64,000 nt of DNA from Clostridiales bacterium (lineage in GTDB: Bacteria > Bacillota > Clostridia > Saccharofermentanales > Saccharofermentanaceae), in contig JAFWDK010000018.1 in NCBI GenBank assembly GCA_017513085.1, positions 36,679 through 100,678 of the forward strand, given 5' to 3'. The notes under the pieces are model-generated. The model did not search any database. It saw only the letters and a program-made list of their open reading frames with translations, and was not told where the DNA came from. Positions 41,021 through 50,112 of the stretch are shown piece after piece (position 1 is the stretch's first letter; the number at the start of each line of letters is the position of its first letter). The translations under genes and the position numbers were made by a program.

Positions 41021-42097
41021 ATGTTCCCAGAAATTTCGGTTACTAAGACAACCTCACCGAGACCGCATCCGCAGCCGGGTCAGCCGCTGCCGTTTGGTCA
41101 CATCTTCTCTGATCACATGTTTGTAATGGATTATGTGGAAGGACAGGGTTGGATCAATCCTCGCATCGTTCCTTACGGACCTTTCGAGATTGAACCTTCT
41201 GCTATGGTTTTCCACTATGGTCAGGCTGTATTTGAAGGTTTGAAAGCATATAAGTGCGAAGATGGTTCGATCAACCTCTTCCGTCCGGCTTGCAACTTTG
41301 AGCGTATGAACAACAGTAACGATCGTCTCGTTATTCCGAAGGTCGATGTTGATTTCTGCGTTTACGCTACCAAGAAGCTTGTCGAGCTCGATCAGGATTG
41401 GATCCCTTCCGGCAAGGGCGAATCCATGTACATCCGTCCGTTCGTTATCGCTACTGACCCGTATCTCGGTGTACGTGCTTCCAATACATATAAGTTCTTC
41501 ATCCTGCTCTCACCTTCCGGAGCTTATTACGCTCACGGAATCAAGCCGGTCAAGATCTATGTTGAAGACAAATATGTCCGTGCCGTTCGTGGTGGTACCG
41601 GTTTTACAAAGTGTGCCGGTAACTATGGCTGTTCTTTGATCGCCCAGACGATCGCTCATGATTCCGGTTACGAGCAGGTTCTCTGGCTCGACGGCGTTGA
41701 GCAGAAATATATCGAAGAAGTTGGCGCTATGAACATCATGTTCATCATCGACAACAAGCTGGTTACACCTTCTCTGGCTGCCGGTTCTATCCTGCCGGGT
41801 ATCACAAGAAGATCCTGCATTGAGATCGCAAAGGATATGGGTCTTGAAGTTGAAGAGCGCAAGATCTCCATCGACGAGGTTATCGAAGCCGGCAAGTCCG
41901 GTCGTATGCAGGAGTGCTTCGGTTGCGGTACAGCTGCTGTAGTTTCTCCTGTTGGTGAGCTCAAGTATGAAGACACCGTCATCACGATCAACAATGGCGA
42001 GATCGGTCCGATCACCCAGAAATTCTATGATACTATCACAGGTATTCAGAGCGGAAAAACAGAAGACAAATTCGGTTGGATTACGAAAGTAAACTGA
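41021..42097 (+). CDS. ilvE: Branched-chain amino acid aminotransferase
   Basis: HYGQAVFEGLKAY, YIRP, KCAGNY, EEVGAMN, ILPGITR, CGTAAVVSP. Confidence 0.96.
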   Translation: MFPEISVTKTTSPRPHPQPGQPLPFGHIFSDHMFVMDYVEGQGWINPRIVPYGPFEIEPSAMVFHYGQAVFEGLKAYKCEDGSINLFRPACNFERMNNSNDRLVIPKVDVDFCVYATKKLVELDQDWIPSGKGESMYIRPFVIATDPYLGVRASNTYKFFILLSPSGAYYAHGIKPVKIYVEDKYVRAVRGGTGFTKCAGNYGCSLIAQTIAHDSGYEQVLWLDGVEQKYIEEVGAMNIMFIIDNKLVTPSLAAGSILPGITRRSCIEIAKDMGLEVEERKISIDEVIEAGKSGRMQECFGCGTAAVVSPVGELKYEDTVITINNGEIGPITQKFYDTITGIQSGKTEDKFGWITKVN

Positions 42098-42134
42098 TCA
42101 GGTTTTTCCTATCACTCATTGATAAAAAAATCGA

Positions 42135-42178
42135 TAAAAAAGCAGGGTGTGATTCTTCCATCACACCCTGCTTTTTTA
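42135..42178. terminator. Bidirectional intrinsic terminator after ilvE
   Basis: AAAAAAGCAGGGTGTGAT...ATCACACCCTGCTTTTTT. Confidence 0.9.
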
Positions 42179-42300
42179 TGTCGTATTTTCTCAACTACAC
42201 GAACAGATTTCTGCACGATATTTCGTCTTGATTTTTTATATGAAGTTATCATCTTCAATCATTCGCCAATGCTGATATCTCAGCATTTTTCCAAGACATA

Positions 42301-42372
42301 AAAATAACCATCTGATATCTCAGATGGCCATTTCTGTAGTTACATAAATTCAGACAAATCTGTCGTCCTTCT
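42301..42372 (-). ncRNA. Candidate small RNA (unassigned)
   Basis: TTGTAT-17-TATCAT promoter with extended -10 (42407..42379) pointing at a hairpin plus U-tail, with no CDS between. Confidence 0.35.
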
Positions 42373-42454
42373 GTGAAGATGATACCATGTAATTCACAAA
42401 TATACAAGTACAAAAATTATTCTTCACAGAAATGTAAAAACACGGTAGTATTCA

Positions 42455-43030
42455 TCAGCCCAGATCGAAGATCTTATAGTGCTTCAAACCGAGAATATCG
42501 AAGTCAAGTCCAAGCTGCGAATGATAGTTCACGATGAAATAAACCAGGAGCACCAGACCGGTGAAAAAGATCAGCAAACCAATGAAGCGAGGTGTTCTTG
42601 TTGTGTTCGTAACATTTGTCTTTGCAGCATAATCATGGAATGTTTTGCTGTCGTAATTACCTGTCGCATGAACATAAGAAAAGATAGCCGGCAGGATCGT
42701 GAACAAACACAGTGTTTTAATAAAACTGCGGATGATATTGTGAAGGAAAGTATTTCCGGAATGGAAGTCAACATCACAGTTCATGCAAAGCTTACCCGGA
42801 GTGGTAGCCATCAATCTTGTACAGAGCACATCACAAATAAAGAATGCACCAAGAATCTCTCCAATCAAGATCAGTCTGCTTTCAAGAGACATCGTATCAA
42901 TATGGAATAAAAAACTTGACTCTGTTGCAGTAAACATCAACATGTTCAAGCCTACCAAAAAACCGAAAAAAGTGATCAAATCGAGGAAGACCGCAATCAA
43001 ACGGGTTCCCATAGTTGCATTCGTATTCAT
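42455..43030 (-). CDS. RDD-family membrane protein
   Basis: RLIAVFLD, TPGK, FHDYAAKT and hydrophobic segments. Confidence 0.8.
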   Translation of the reverse strand: MNTNATMGTRLIAVFLDLITFFGFLVGLNMLMFTATESSFLFHIDTMSLESRLILIGEILGAFFICDVLCTRLMATTPGKLCMNCDVDFHSGNTFLHNIIRSFIKTLCLFTILPAIFSYVHATGNYDSKTFHDYAAKTNVTNTTRTPRFIGLLIFFTGLVLLVYFIVNYHSQLGLDFDILGLKHYKIFDLG

Positions 43031-43130
43031 AACCGTTATCCCCTCCTAAATGCTTCTATGTTTAAATATATCACTACGAAAAAATCACGTCAATTTTCTT
43101 TATTACTGTAAGTATCCCGTTCATACGTCC

Positions 43131-43565
43131 TCAGTAATAGAAAAAGCACTTCAGCACATCGCCGGATTCCCAACGGAAGTTCAGAGTCTGAAATTGTCCC
43201 GGAGCAAGCGGCGTATACTTGTTGGCATCGTTACAATGCGTCATCTGCACATATTCCGGATCCTCCGGAATCTTGTCGGAAAAGAAACCGAGAAGCTCTT
43301 TGTCATTCAAAGAGATCTGCGCGTTCACGCAATTCTGCGGGATCAGGACATCCACACGGAAACGGCATGGTTTGTCCATAAGAAACAAAAGACCTAGTAC
43401 TTCACGATCTTCCTTAGGCTTTGTGACGCGCTGGGCTATTGTAACATGCGAGCCATCCAGATCAAACTCATAATCCGCGTCGATGTTTTCACCGATCACG
43501 ATGCCGGAAAACAGATCGCCTTCTAGTAAATGTCCTTTTTTTGGCGCCTGGAATTCATTTTCCAT
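43131..43565 (-). CDS. Hypothetical protein resembling a GH127/GH146 non-catalytic beta-sandwich domain
   Basis: FRVDVLIP...AQISLND...LNFRWESGDVL pattern; ATG 43565 behind GGAG. Confidence 0.5.
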   Translation of the reverse strand: MENEFQAPKKGHLLEGDLFSGIVIGENIDADYEFDLDGSHVTIAQRVTKPKEDREVLGLLFLMDKPCRFRVDVLIPQNCVNAQISLNDKELLGFFSDKIPEDPEYVQMTHCNDANKYTPLAPGQFQTLNFRWESGDVLKCFFYY

Positions 43566-44808
43566 TATGCTTCTCCTTTTTATCCTGACTCGTTTGTGTC
43601 GTAGATTCTTCTGATGCTGACTGTGTCTTTTTCTTTGGCTGAGCTGTTGGTTCCAACGTCTCACCTGCTTCGTAACGGGATACGGTTACACAATTCTGTG
43701 ATCCCTTCTCTACCGCTTTCACCACGATAAAAGCAACAACATTGATACGCACCGTCAAACGGTTCTCGTCAAGCGCATCTATTAACGTCTTATAGGAATC
43801 CAGATTCGTGCTGCGGATCTTTCCTCCATAATCCTGCAAGGCCAGGTTCTTCGTTTCTTTCATATCTTCGAGTTTGGAAAAATTATAATCCGAAGACTCG
43901 AAAAACACGATCGGTATCGATGCGTTATCAAAAGGCACAAAGTCGGATCTGACTTTCGTTACCTCACGATACATATCCTGCTTTCCATCCCCATCGACAT
44001 CAAAACTCAGTAAAGACATATTGTAGCAAAGATCCACACCGGTCTGCGAATTGACTGCATTCTCATATGCCACATCATACGCTTCGTAAAGTTTCCGTCG
44101 GAAAGAGTACTTCTTCCCGTCTTTTAACGAAGAAAGACCGGCATGCGCATACAGTTTGTCACCGGCATATATACTCTCGATACAATACATGCACTCGATT
44201 TTTTTCTTTTCCTCTTCAGTCAGGTTATTCAGGAAATAAGACGCTCCGGCGTAAGATGCCGATCCGGCGCCAAAAGCTACGATGATCACATCATAACCGT
44301 AAGTATGTCCGTACATCTGCTTGGCAATCGTCAGCAAAGCTCCGATACCGCAAGCATTGTTCTGGATACCATCGTAAGCAGGATACTCGAATCGCTGGTC
44401 ATACTTGACCGGAGAATCATAGTGCGCGCCGATCACGACCGTCTTTCTCACCTTGGAATATTCACCGAAAGAATCTCTCTGCATGAAACCTTCGCCATTA
44501 AGACGAACGATATAATTGGTCGATGTATCTCCACCGGTACGAAAAGATTGCGTCTCAACTTTATAACCGATCTTTTCCAGTTCATTCTGTATTAATGTAC
44601 CGGCACCCGCTTCTCCGGCCGAACCCGAATAACGGTAAGGAAACTCATTGGCGATCTTTATTGCGAGATCCGAACCATATGTACCATAGTCGGCAACTTT
44701 CTGCTTTTCTTTATCTTTTTTGCATGCCGCACACCAGGGCAGCATGCAAAGGCATATTGCCAGTGATACGATTCTTACTAGGAAATGTGTTCTGTTTCTT
44801 TCTCTCAT
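43555..44808 (-). CDS. M28 peptidase-like lipoprotein (Iap/aminopeptidase fold), probably inactive
   Basis: Lipobox AAC; GAHYDS kept, but QNNACG, FGAGS, RSDF and RST..D replace DDNASG, F.AEE, SDH and H...D. Confidence 0.8.
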   Translation of the reverse strand: MRERNRTHFLVRIVSLAICLCMLPWCAACKKDKEKQKVADYGTYGSDLAIKIANEFPYRYSGSAGEAGAGTLIQNELEKIGYKVETQSFRTGGDTSTNYIVRLNGEGFMQRDSFGEYSKVRKTVVIGAHYDSPVKYDQRFEYPAYDGIQNNACGIGALLTIAKQMYGHTYGYDVIIVAFGAGSASYAGASYFLNNLTEEEKKKIECMYCIESIYAGDKLYAHAGLSSLKDGKKYSFRRKLYEAYDVAYENAVNSQTGVDLCYNMSLLSFDVDGDGKQDMYREVTKVRSDFVPFDNASIPIVFFESSDYNFSKLEDMKETKNLALQDYGGKIRSTNLDSYKTLIDALDENRLTVRINVVAFIVVKAVEKGSQNCVTVSRYEAGETLEPTAQPKKKTQSASEESTTQTSQDKKEKHNGK

Positions 44809-44819
44809 TTCTTCTCCTG

Positions 44820-45860
44820 TCAGCGCCCACCGTGGAAATCTTCACAGATGATATCGAGTTTTTCCGAAAAAAACAACATCGCCTCGGCTGCCGTCATGGT
44901 CGCTTGCTTCACCGTACCATTTCCGGACGCGAGGATCACGGGAACTTCATCTTTATATGGGGCAATGTTTTTGCTGATCCTTCTGAGTAGAGAATCCTTG
45001 GAAACTCCTTCGAGTTTTCTCGGAAATCCAAGAAGATCATAAAGCCGGAAAAGCGCCTCAGAAGGATTCATCGCTGCCATTGCGAAGGCAAGTGCTTCTC
45101 CTTCCGAATACCGAAGGAAACGGAAATGCTCCAATATTGCCTCTTTCAATTCACGGCCAAAGTCAAAAGCATTGGCATTGGCAGCGGTAATGCGTGATTT
45201 GGCAAGATAACATTCGTCGATCGTAATAAACATATCGGAATGATTCACCAGACGGTTCAAAAGTGTGATCTGATCAAGCATGCCATATTGGATGATCTGT
45301 GCATAGCCGTTTTTAAGAAAATGTTCCGGAAGTGTGCTTAAAAATTCCACATCCATAATTACGGCAATCGGCTTACACTTCACGCTGACACAGTCTTTAT
45401 GACTCATATAATTCAAATAGGCCGTATCTGCTTCTGCCGACTCAAGCATGCCCAGAAGGGATGTCGGAACCAGACAATAAGGCAGACCGCCCAGAAATGT
45501 CGAAGCGACAAAAGCCGTGACATCAAGGATACTGCCGCCGCCCCATCCGACAAGAAGATCCTGTCCGGAGAAGGAAATATCCATCAGTCTTTCGAATACA
45601 TCCATAACAACATCGAAGTTTTTCGAAGACTGTCTTCCGTCGATCATGATCACCGTCGGAACGATGCCTTTATTCTCAAGTTCGGAAATGAAGCGAAGGT
45701 GGTGCAGACCATTGACTTCTTTATCCGTAACGATCGCAACTTTTACCGGTGCTAAGGAGGATCGCTCCTTTACGATTTCATAAAGACGCTCGTGTGCAAT
45801 TTCCCTTCCGCAAATGATCGGATAGTCGCACTTGGACTCAACACGTTTCAGACTTGGCAT
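44820..45860 (-). CDS. 3-dehydroquinate synthase (AroB)-like protein, catalytic residues lost
   Basis: YPI, IVTD, GGG..LD..AF.AST, VPTSLL, P.AV..D..FL.TLP, GEA scaffold; Zn ligands and catalytic Lys/Arg/His absent. Confidence 0.82.
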   Translation of the reverse strand: MPSLKRVESKCDYPIICGREIAHERLYEIVKERSSLAPVKVAIVTDKEVNGLHHLRFISELENKGIVPTVIMIDGRQSSKNFDVVMDVFERLMDISFSGQDLLVGWGGGSILDVTAFVASTFLGGLPYCLVPTSLLGMLESAEADTAYLNYMSHKDCVSVKCKPIAVIMDVEFLSTLPEHFLKNGYAQIIQYGMLDQITLLNRLVNHSDMFITIDECYLAKSRITAANANAFDFGRELKEAILEHFRFLRYSEGEALAFAMAAMNPSEALFRLYDLLGFPRKLEGVSKDSLLRRISKNIAPYKDEVPVILASGNGTVKQATMTAAEAMLFFSEKLDIICEDFHGGR

Positions 45861-46007
45861 CCGACGGATCCTCCCTTCCCTTTTTTGTCTGCTGATATGA
45901 TAACACTTTTACCCAAAACTTTGCAAAAATCCGAAAGGAAAGTGCTTTTTGAGAAATATATATGGTAGAATATGTATTTGCATATATAGGAAAGAAGGTT
46001 ATATACA

Positions 46008-47486
46008 ATGACTGTTGTAACAAATCCAGCAATTCGCACGCGTTTTGCGCCCAGCCCGACGGGTTTCATGCACGTGGGCAATCTTCGTACGGCTCTCTAT
46101 GAGTATCTGATCGCCAAATCTTTAGGCGGTACTTTTGTTTTGCGTATCGAGGATACAGACCAGGAACGTTATGTGGATGGCGCAGTGGACATTATCTACA
46201 AAACACTGAAGACCGCAGGACTGATCCATGATGAAGGTCCGGATATCGGCGGCGATTTCGGTCCTTATGTCCAAAGCCAGCGCATGGATCTGTATAAGCC
46301 ATATGCCGAAGAGCTTGTCAAAAAAGGACACGCTTACTATTGTTTCTGTTCTAAGGAGCGACTGGCTTCTCTTCATGAGGAAGGTGGCGCTGAAGCCGGT
46401 TATGACCGTCACTGCCGTGATCTGTCCCCTGAGGAAGTCAAGAAGAATCTGGATGCCGGAGTTCCTTACGTCATCCGTCAGAAGATGCCGCTTACCGGCG
46501 AGACCACATTTCATGACTGCGTCTACGGAGATATCACGGTTCAGAACAAGGAACTCGAGGATCAGATCCTTCTGAAGGCTGACGGTTATCCGACATATAA
46601 CTTTGCAAATATCATCGATGACCATCTCATGAAGATCTCTCATGTAGTCCGTGGCTCCGAGTACCTCTCCTCTACACCGAAATACAACCTCTGCTATGAG
46701 GCTTTCGGTTGGGAGATCCCGACATATGTTCATCTTCCGCTGATCATGGGTAAGAATGAGGATGGTTCTGTCAGCAAACTTTCCAAGCGTCATGGTTCCA
46801 CAGGATTCGAAGATCTTGTAGCACAGGGATTCCTTCCGGAAGCGATCATTAACTACATCGCGCTCCTCGGCTGGTGTCCGAAGGATAATCAGGAAGTATT
46901 CTCGCTTTCTGAGCTCTGTCAGGCATTCGACATCTCCGGCATCAGTAAATCACCGGCTGTCTTCGATTACGATAAACTCGAGTGGTTCAATGGTGAGTAT
47001 ATTAGAAAAATGAGTCAGGAGGAATTCATCGAGTTTGCCAAGCCTGAACTTGCCAAGTTCCCGATGATCACCCCTGATCTTTATCCTCTCTTTACAGAGA
47101 TCATGCAGCCTCGTATCACTAAGCTTCCGCAGATCAGCGAGAAGCTCGGATTCCTTCTGGAGCTGGCCGATTACGATCTGGAACTGTATGTTCACAAGAA
47201 GAGCAAGACTACCAAGGAAGGGTCTCTTGAGATGCTCAATACCGTAATTCCGCTTCTGGAAACGGTGGATTGGAACAAGGACGCTCTGTCTGAATGTATG
47301 ACCGGTCTGGCAGAAGGTCTTGGCGTGAAGAACGCACTGGTCATGTGGCCGGTTCGTATCGCCGCTTCCGGCACAGCTGTAACACCCGGTGGTGCAGTGG
47401 AAGTTCTTCTTCTGCTCGGCAAGGAAGAAGCCCTGAAGCGTATTGAATCCGGACGACAGCGTCTCTCCGCTGCATTGTCCCAATGA
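46008..47486 (+). CDS. gltX: Glutamate--tRNA ligase
   Basis: [32 protein letters not shown]. Confidence 0.97.
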   Translation: MTVVTNPAIRTRFAPSPTGFMHVGNLRTALYEYLIAKSLGGTFVLRIEDTDQERYVDGAVDIIYKTLKTAGLIHDEGPDIGGDFGPYVQSQRMDLYKPYAEELVKKGHAYYCFCSKERLASLHEEGGAEAGYDRHCRDLSPEEVKKNLDAGVPYVIRQKMPLTGETTFHDCVYGDITVQNKELEDQILLKADGYPTYNFANIIDDHLMKISHVVRGSEYLSSTPKYNLCYEAFGWEIPTYVHLPLIMGKNEDGSVSKLSKRHGSTGFEDLVAQGFLPEAIINYIALLGWCPKDNQEVFSLSELCQAFDISGISKSPAVFDYDKLEWFNGEYIRKMSQEEFIEFAKPELAKFPMITPDLYPLFTEIMQPRITKLPQISEKLGFLLELADYDLELYVHKKSKTTKEGSLEMLNTVIPLLETVDWNKDALSECMTGLAEGLGVKNALVMWPVRIAASGTAVTPGGAVEVLLLLGKEEALKRIESGRQRLSAALSQ

Positions 47487-47565
47487 TTGGAAAAGTTAAG
47501 AACAAGTGCTTTTCCTTAAGAATTGAAAACACGCATCCGTGTAATATAGAAAGCGAGAGAAAAAT

Positions 47566-49233
47566 ATGAGCGAATATAAAAGTTTTATCCATGAAGCAAT
47601 CGAAGAAGATATCGGACCGGGCGGACGTTACGAAGGTAAGACCGTCCATACCCGTTTTCCACCGGAGCCGAACGGCTATCTCCATATCGGTCATGCCAAA
47701 GCATTGGAGATCGATTTCGGAATGGCGGAACAGTACGGTGGTCTTTGCAATCTTCGTATGGATGATACCAACCCGACCAAAGAAGATGAAGAATATGTCG
47801 AGGCGATCAAGGAAGATATCAAGTGGCTTGGCCATGACTGGGACGACCGCTTCTATTATGCCTCTTCCTACTTCGATAAGATGTACGAGTATGCAGTTGA
47901 GCTGATCAAGAAAGGTCTTGCTTATGTTTGTCAGCTGACTCCGGAAGAAATGAAGGAACATCGTGGAGACCTGACTCATCCGGCAACAAGCCCTTATCGT
48001 GATCGTCCGATCGAAGAGAGTCTGGATCTTTTTGAGCGAATGAAAAACGGTGAATTCGAGGATGGCGCGATGACACTTCGTGCTAAGATCGATCTGGCAT
48101 CCGGTAACTTTAATATGCGTGATCCTGCCATTTACAGAATCAATCATATGCGTCATCATAACACCGGAGACAAGTGGTGCATCTATCCGATGTACGACTT
48201 TGCCCACCCGATCGAAGATGCACTGGAGGGCATTACACACTCTCTCTGCTCTCTTGAGTTCGAGGCGCATCGTCCATTGTACGATTGGGTGATCGAGAAC
48301 GTATCCGTTCCGTCTAAGCCGCGTCAGATCGAGTTTGCAAGACTCGGTATCACACATACGGTCCTCAGTAAGAGAAAACTCCGTAACATGGTCGAGACCG
48401 GACTTGTAGATGGCTGGGACGATCCGCGTATGCCTACCCTTTGCGGTCTTAGACGTCGTGGATATACACCTGCTTCGATCCATAACTTCCACTCCAGAAA
48501 CGGTATTTCCAAAGTGAATGCGGTAGTTGACTACGCTTTCCTTGAATACTGTTTGCGTGAAGATCTGAATGCTACTGCTAAGCGTGTCATGGGTGTTGTA
48601 CATCCGGTAAAGCTTATCATTGATAATTATCCGGAAGGCAAAACCGAGAGTTTTACAGTAGAGAATAATCCGGAAAGGCCGGAAGACGGTACCCGTGAAG
48701 TAACATTCTCACGTGAACTCTGGATCGAAGAAGATGATTTCATGGAAGTTCCGGAAAAGAAATATTTCCGTCTCTTCCCTGGAAACGAAGTTCGCTTGAA
48801 GTCCGCCTATGTCATTAAGTGCACAGGCTGTGACAAAGACGAAAACGGCAAGGTCACTGCCGTGCATGCTGAATATGAAGAATCCAGTCGTGGCGGTAAT
48901 CCGGCAGATGGACGCCGTATCAAGGCAACGATCCATTGGGTCGATACAAAAACTGCACTGGATGCTACCGTACGTCTTTACGACCGTCTCTTTACAGTAG
49001 AAGCTCCGGATCTTGCAGATTGCAATTATCTCGACTACATCAACCCGGATTCTCTTACGGTCGTCGAGGGTGCCAAAGTTGAAGCCTCCCTGGCCGATGC
49101 TAAGCCGGCAGACCGCTTCCAGTTCTTGAGACTCGGTTATTTCTGCATGGATACGAAAGACAGTAAGCCGGGTAACCTTGTCTTCAATCGAAGCGTTTCA
49201 CTTAAGGACAGTTACAAGCCGGAGAATAAGTGA
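47566..49233 (+). CDS. glnS: Glutamine--tRNA ligase
   Basis: TRFPPEPNGYLHIGH, YPMYDFAH, LSKRKL, WDDPRMPT, FQFLRLGYF. Confidence 0.96.
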   Translation: MSEYKSFIHEAIEEDIGPGGRYEGKTVHTRFPPEPNGYLHIGHAKALEIDFGMAEQYGGLCNLRMDDTNPTKEDEEYVEAIKEDIKWLGHDWDDRFYYASSYFDKMYEYAVELIKKGLAYVCQLTPEEMKEHRGDLTHPATSPYRDRPIEESLDLFERMKNGEFEDGAMTLRAKIDLASGNFNMRDPAIYRINHMRHHNTGDKWCIYPMYDFAHPIEDALEGITHSLCSLEFEAHRPLYDWVIENVSVPSKPRQIEFARLGITHTVLSKRKLRNMVETGLVDGWDDPRMPTLCGLRRRGYTPASIHNFHSRNGISKVNAVVDYAFLEYCLREDLNATAKRVMGVVHPVKLIIDNYPEGKTESFTVENNPERPEDGTREVTFSRELWIEEDDFMEVPEKKYFRLFPGNEVRLKSAYVIKCTGCDKDENGKVTAVHAEYEESSRGGNPADGRRIKATIHWVDTKTALDATVRLYDRLFTVEAPDLADCNYLDYINPDSLTVVEGAKVEASLADAKPADRFQFLRLGYFCMDTKDSKPGNLVFNRSVSLKDSYKPENK

Positions 49234-49258
49234 TCAGAAAATATATTGACGACAAACG

Positions 49259-49293
49259 GAAATGGCTGACTCATAATGAGCCGGCCATTTTTT
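49259..49293 (+). terminator. Terminator after glnS
   Basis: AATGGCTGACTCAT-A-ATGAGCCGGCCATT followed by T-run. Confidence 0.75.
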
Positions 49294-49336
49294 CACCCTA
49301 TATGATTACATGAAATCAGGATCACGCGTATAAACT

Positions 49337-49366
49337 AAAAGGACTGCCACTAATGGCAGTCCTTTT
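49337..49366 (-). terminator. Terminator after sepF
   Basis: AAAAGGACTGCCA-CTAA-TGGCAGTCCTTTT. Confidence 0.85.
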
Positions 49367-49396
49367 GGAAGTTAACATTGATTATTGAAAATTCAA

Positions 49397-49927
49397 TTAA
49401 AGAACCTGGCGATAAGCCTGCTGCTGATTCTGTGCTTCAGCCTGCTTAGCAAGAGCATCGCGATCCATCAGAGAAACATTTCTCGGAGCAACAACGAATG
49501 TCTTTCTGTTCTGGTCGATCGGCTTAACATTACCGTCGATAGAATAAGCAGCACCGGAGATATAGTCAATAACGCGCTGAGCAACGTTACGATCAACATT
49601 TTCAATATTGCAGATTACTGTATGGCCCTCACGGATATGATCACAAACAGCCTGAGAAGAACGAATGCTGTCCGGCTGGAGGATAACTACCTGGTTGGAA
49701 GAAGACTGAACACTCTTGATCGGATAAGAACGTGCACTCATCTGTGTGTCAACAACTTCTACTCTTGGCTGCTCAACGTAATCTGTATCTGCTTCACGAT
49801 AGCTGTCAAAAGATTCCGTCTCGTAATCGGACATTTCTTCGGAATCATACATTTCATTCTCGTCCCACTCTTCGTTCTCGTCGATACCTGCAACCTTGTT
49901 GAATACCTTCTTTAAAAAACCTGCCAT
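49397..49927 (-). CDS. sepF: Cell division protein SepF
   Basis: Amphipathic N-term, acidic linker, VICNIE...AQRVIDYISGAAYSIDG...FVVAP; follows yggS. Confidence 0.9.
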   Translation of the reverse strand: MAGFLKKVFNKVAGIDENEEWDENEMYDSEEMSDYETESFDSYREADTDYVEQPRVEVVDTQMSARSYPIKSVQSSSNQVVILQPDSIRSSQAVCDHIREGHTVICNIENVDRNVAQRVIDYISGAAYSIDGNVKPIDQNRKTFVVAPRNVSLMDRDALAKQAEAQNQQQAYRQVL

Positions 49928-50112
49928 ACTAACCTCCAAATTTCATGCATCAGTGTTTTCTCACTGGCTAATTTCACTATGGTGTCAGTATAGAACTACG
50001 AAATTTCGCTTGCAATAGATTGCGCGCATCGGTAAATAACATGTAATTTTTACACTTTCCCTTGTAATTTTTCCGAAACAATCAACGATATTTGTGTTAC
50101 TTTTGTGCAACA

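Noticed and set aside
34001-42369. 7-nt complementarity (AGGACGA/TCGTCCT) between the two candidate sRNAs
   Set aside because: Too short to distinguish from chance.
34190-45860. Codon reassignment as an explanation for the missing catalytic residues
   Set aside because: The substitutions involve many different codons and residues plus deletions, and neighbouring core genes translate normally with the standard code.
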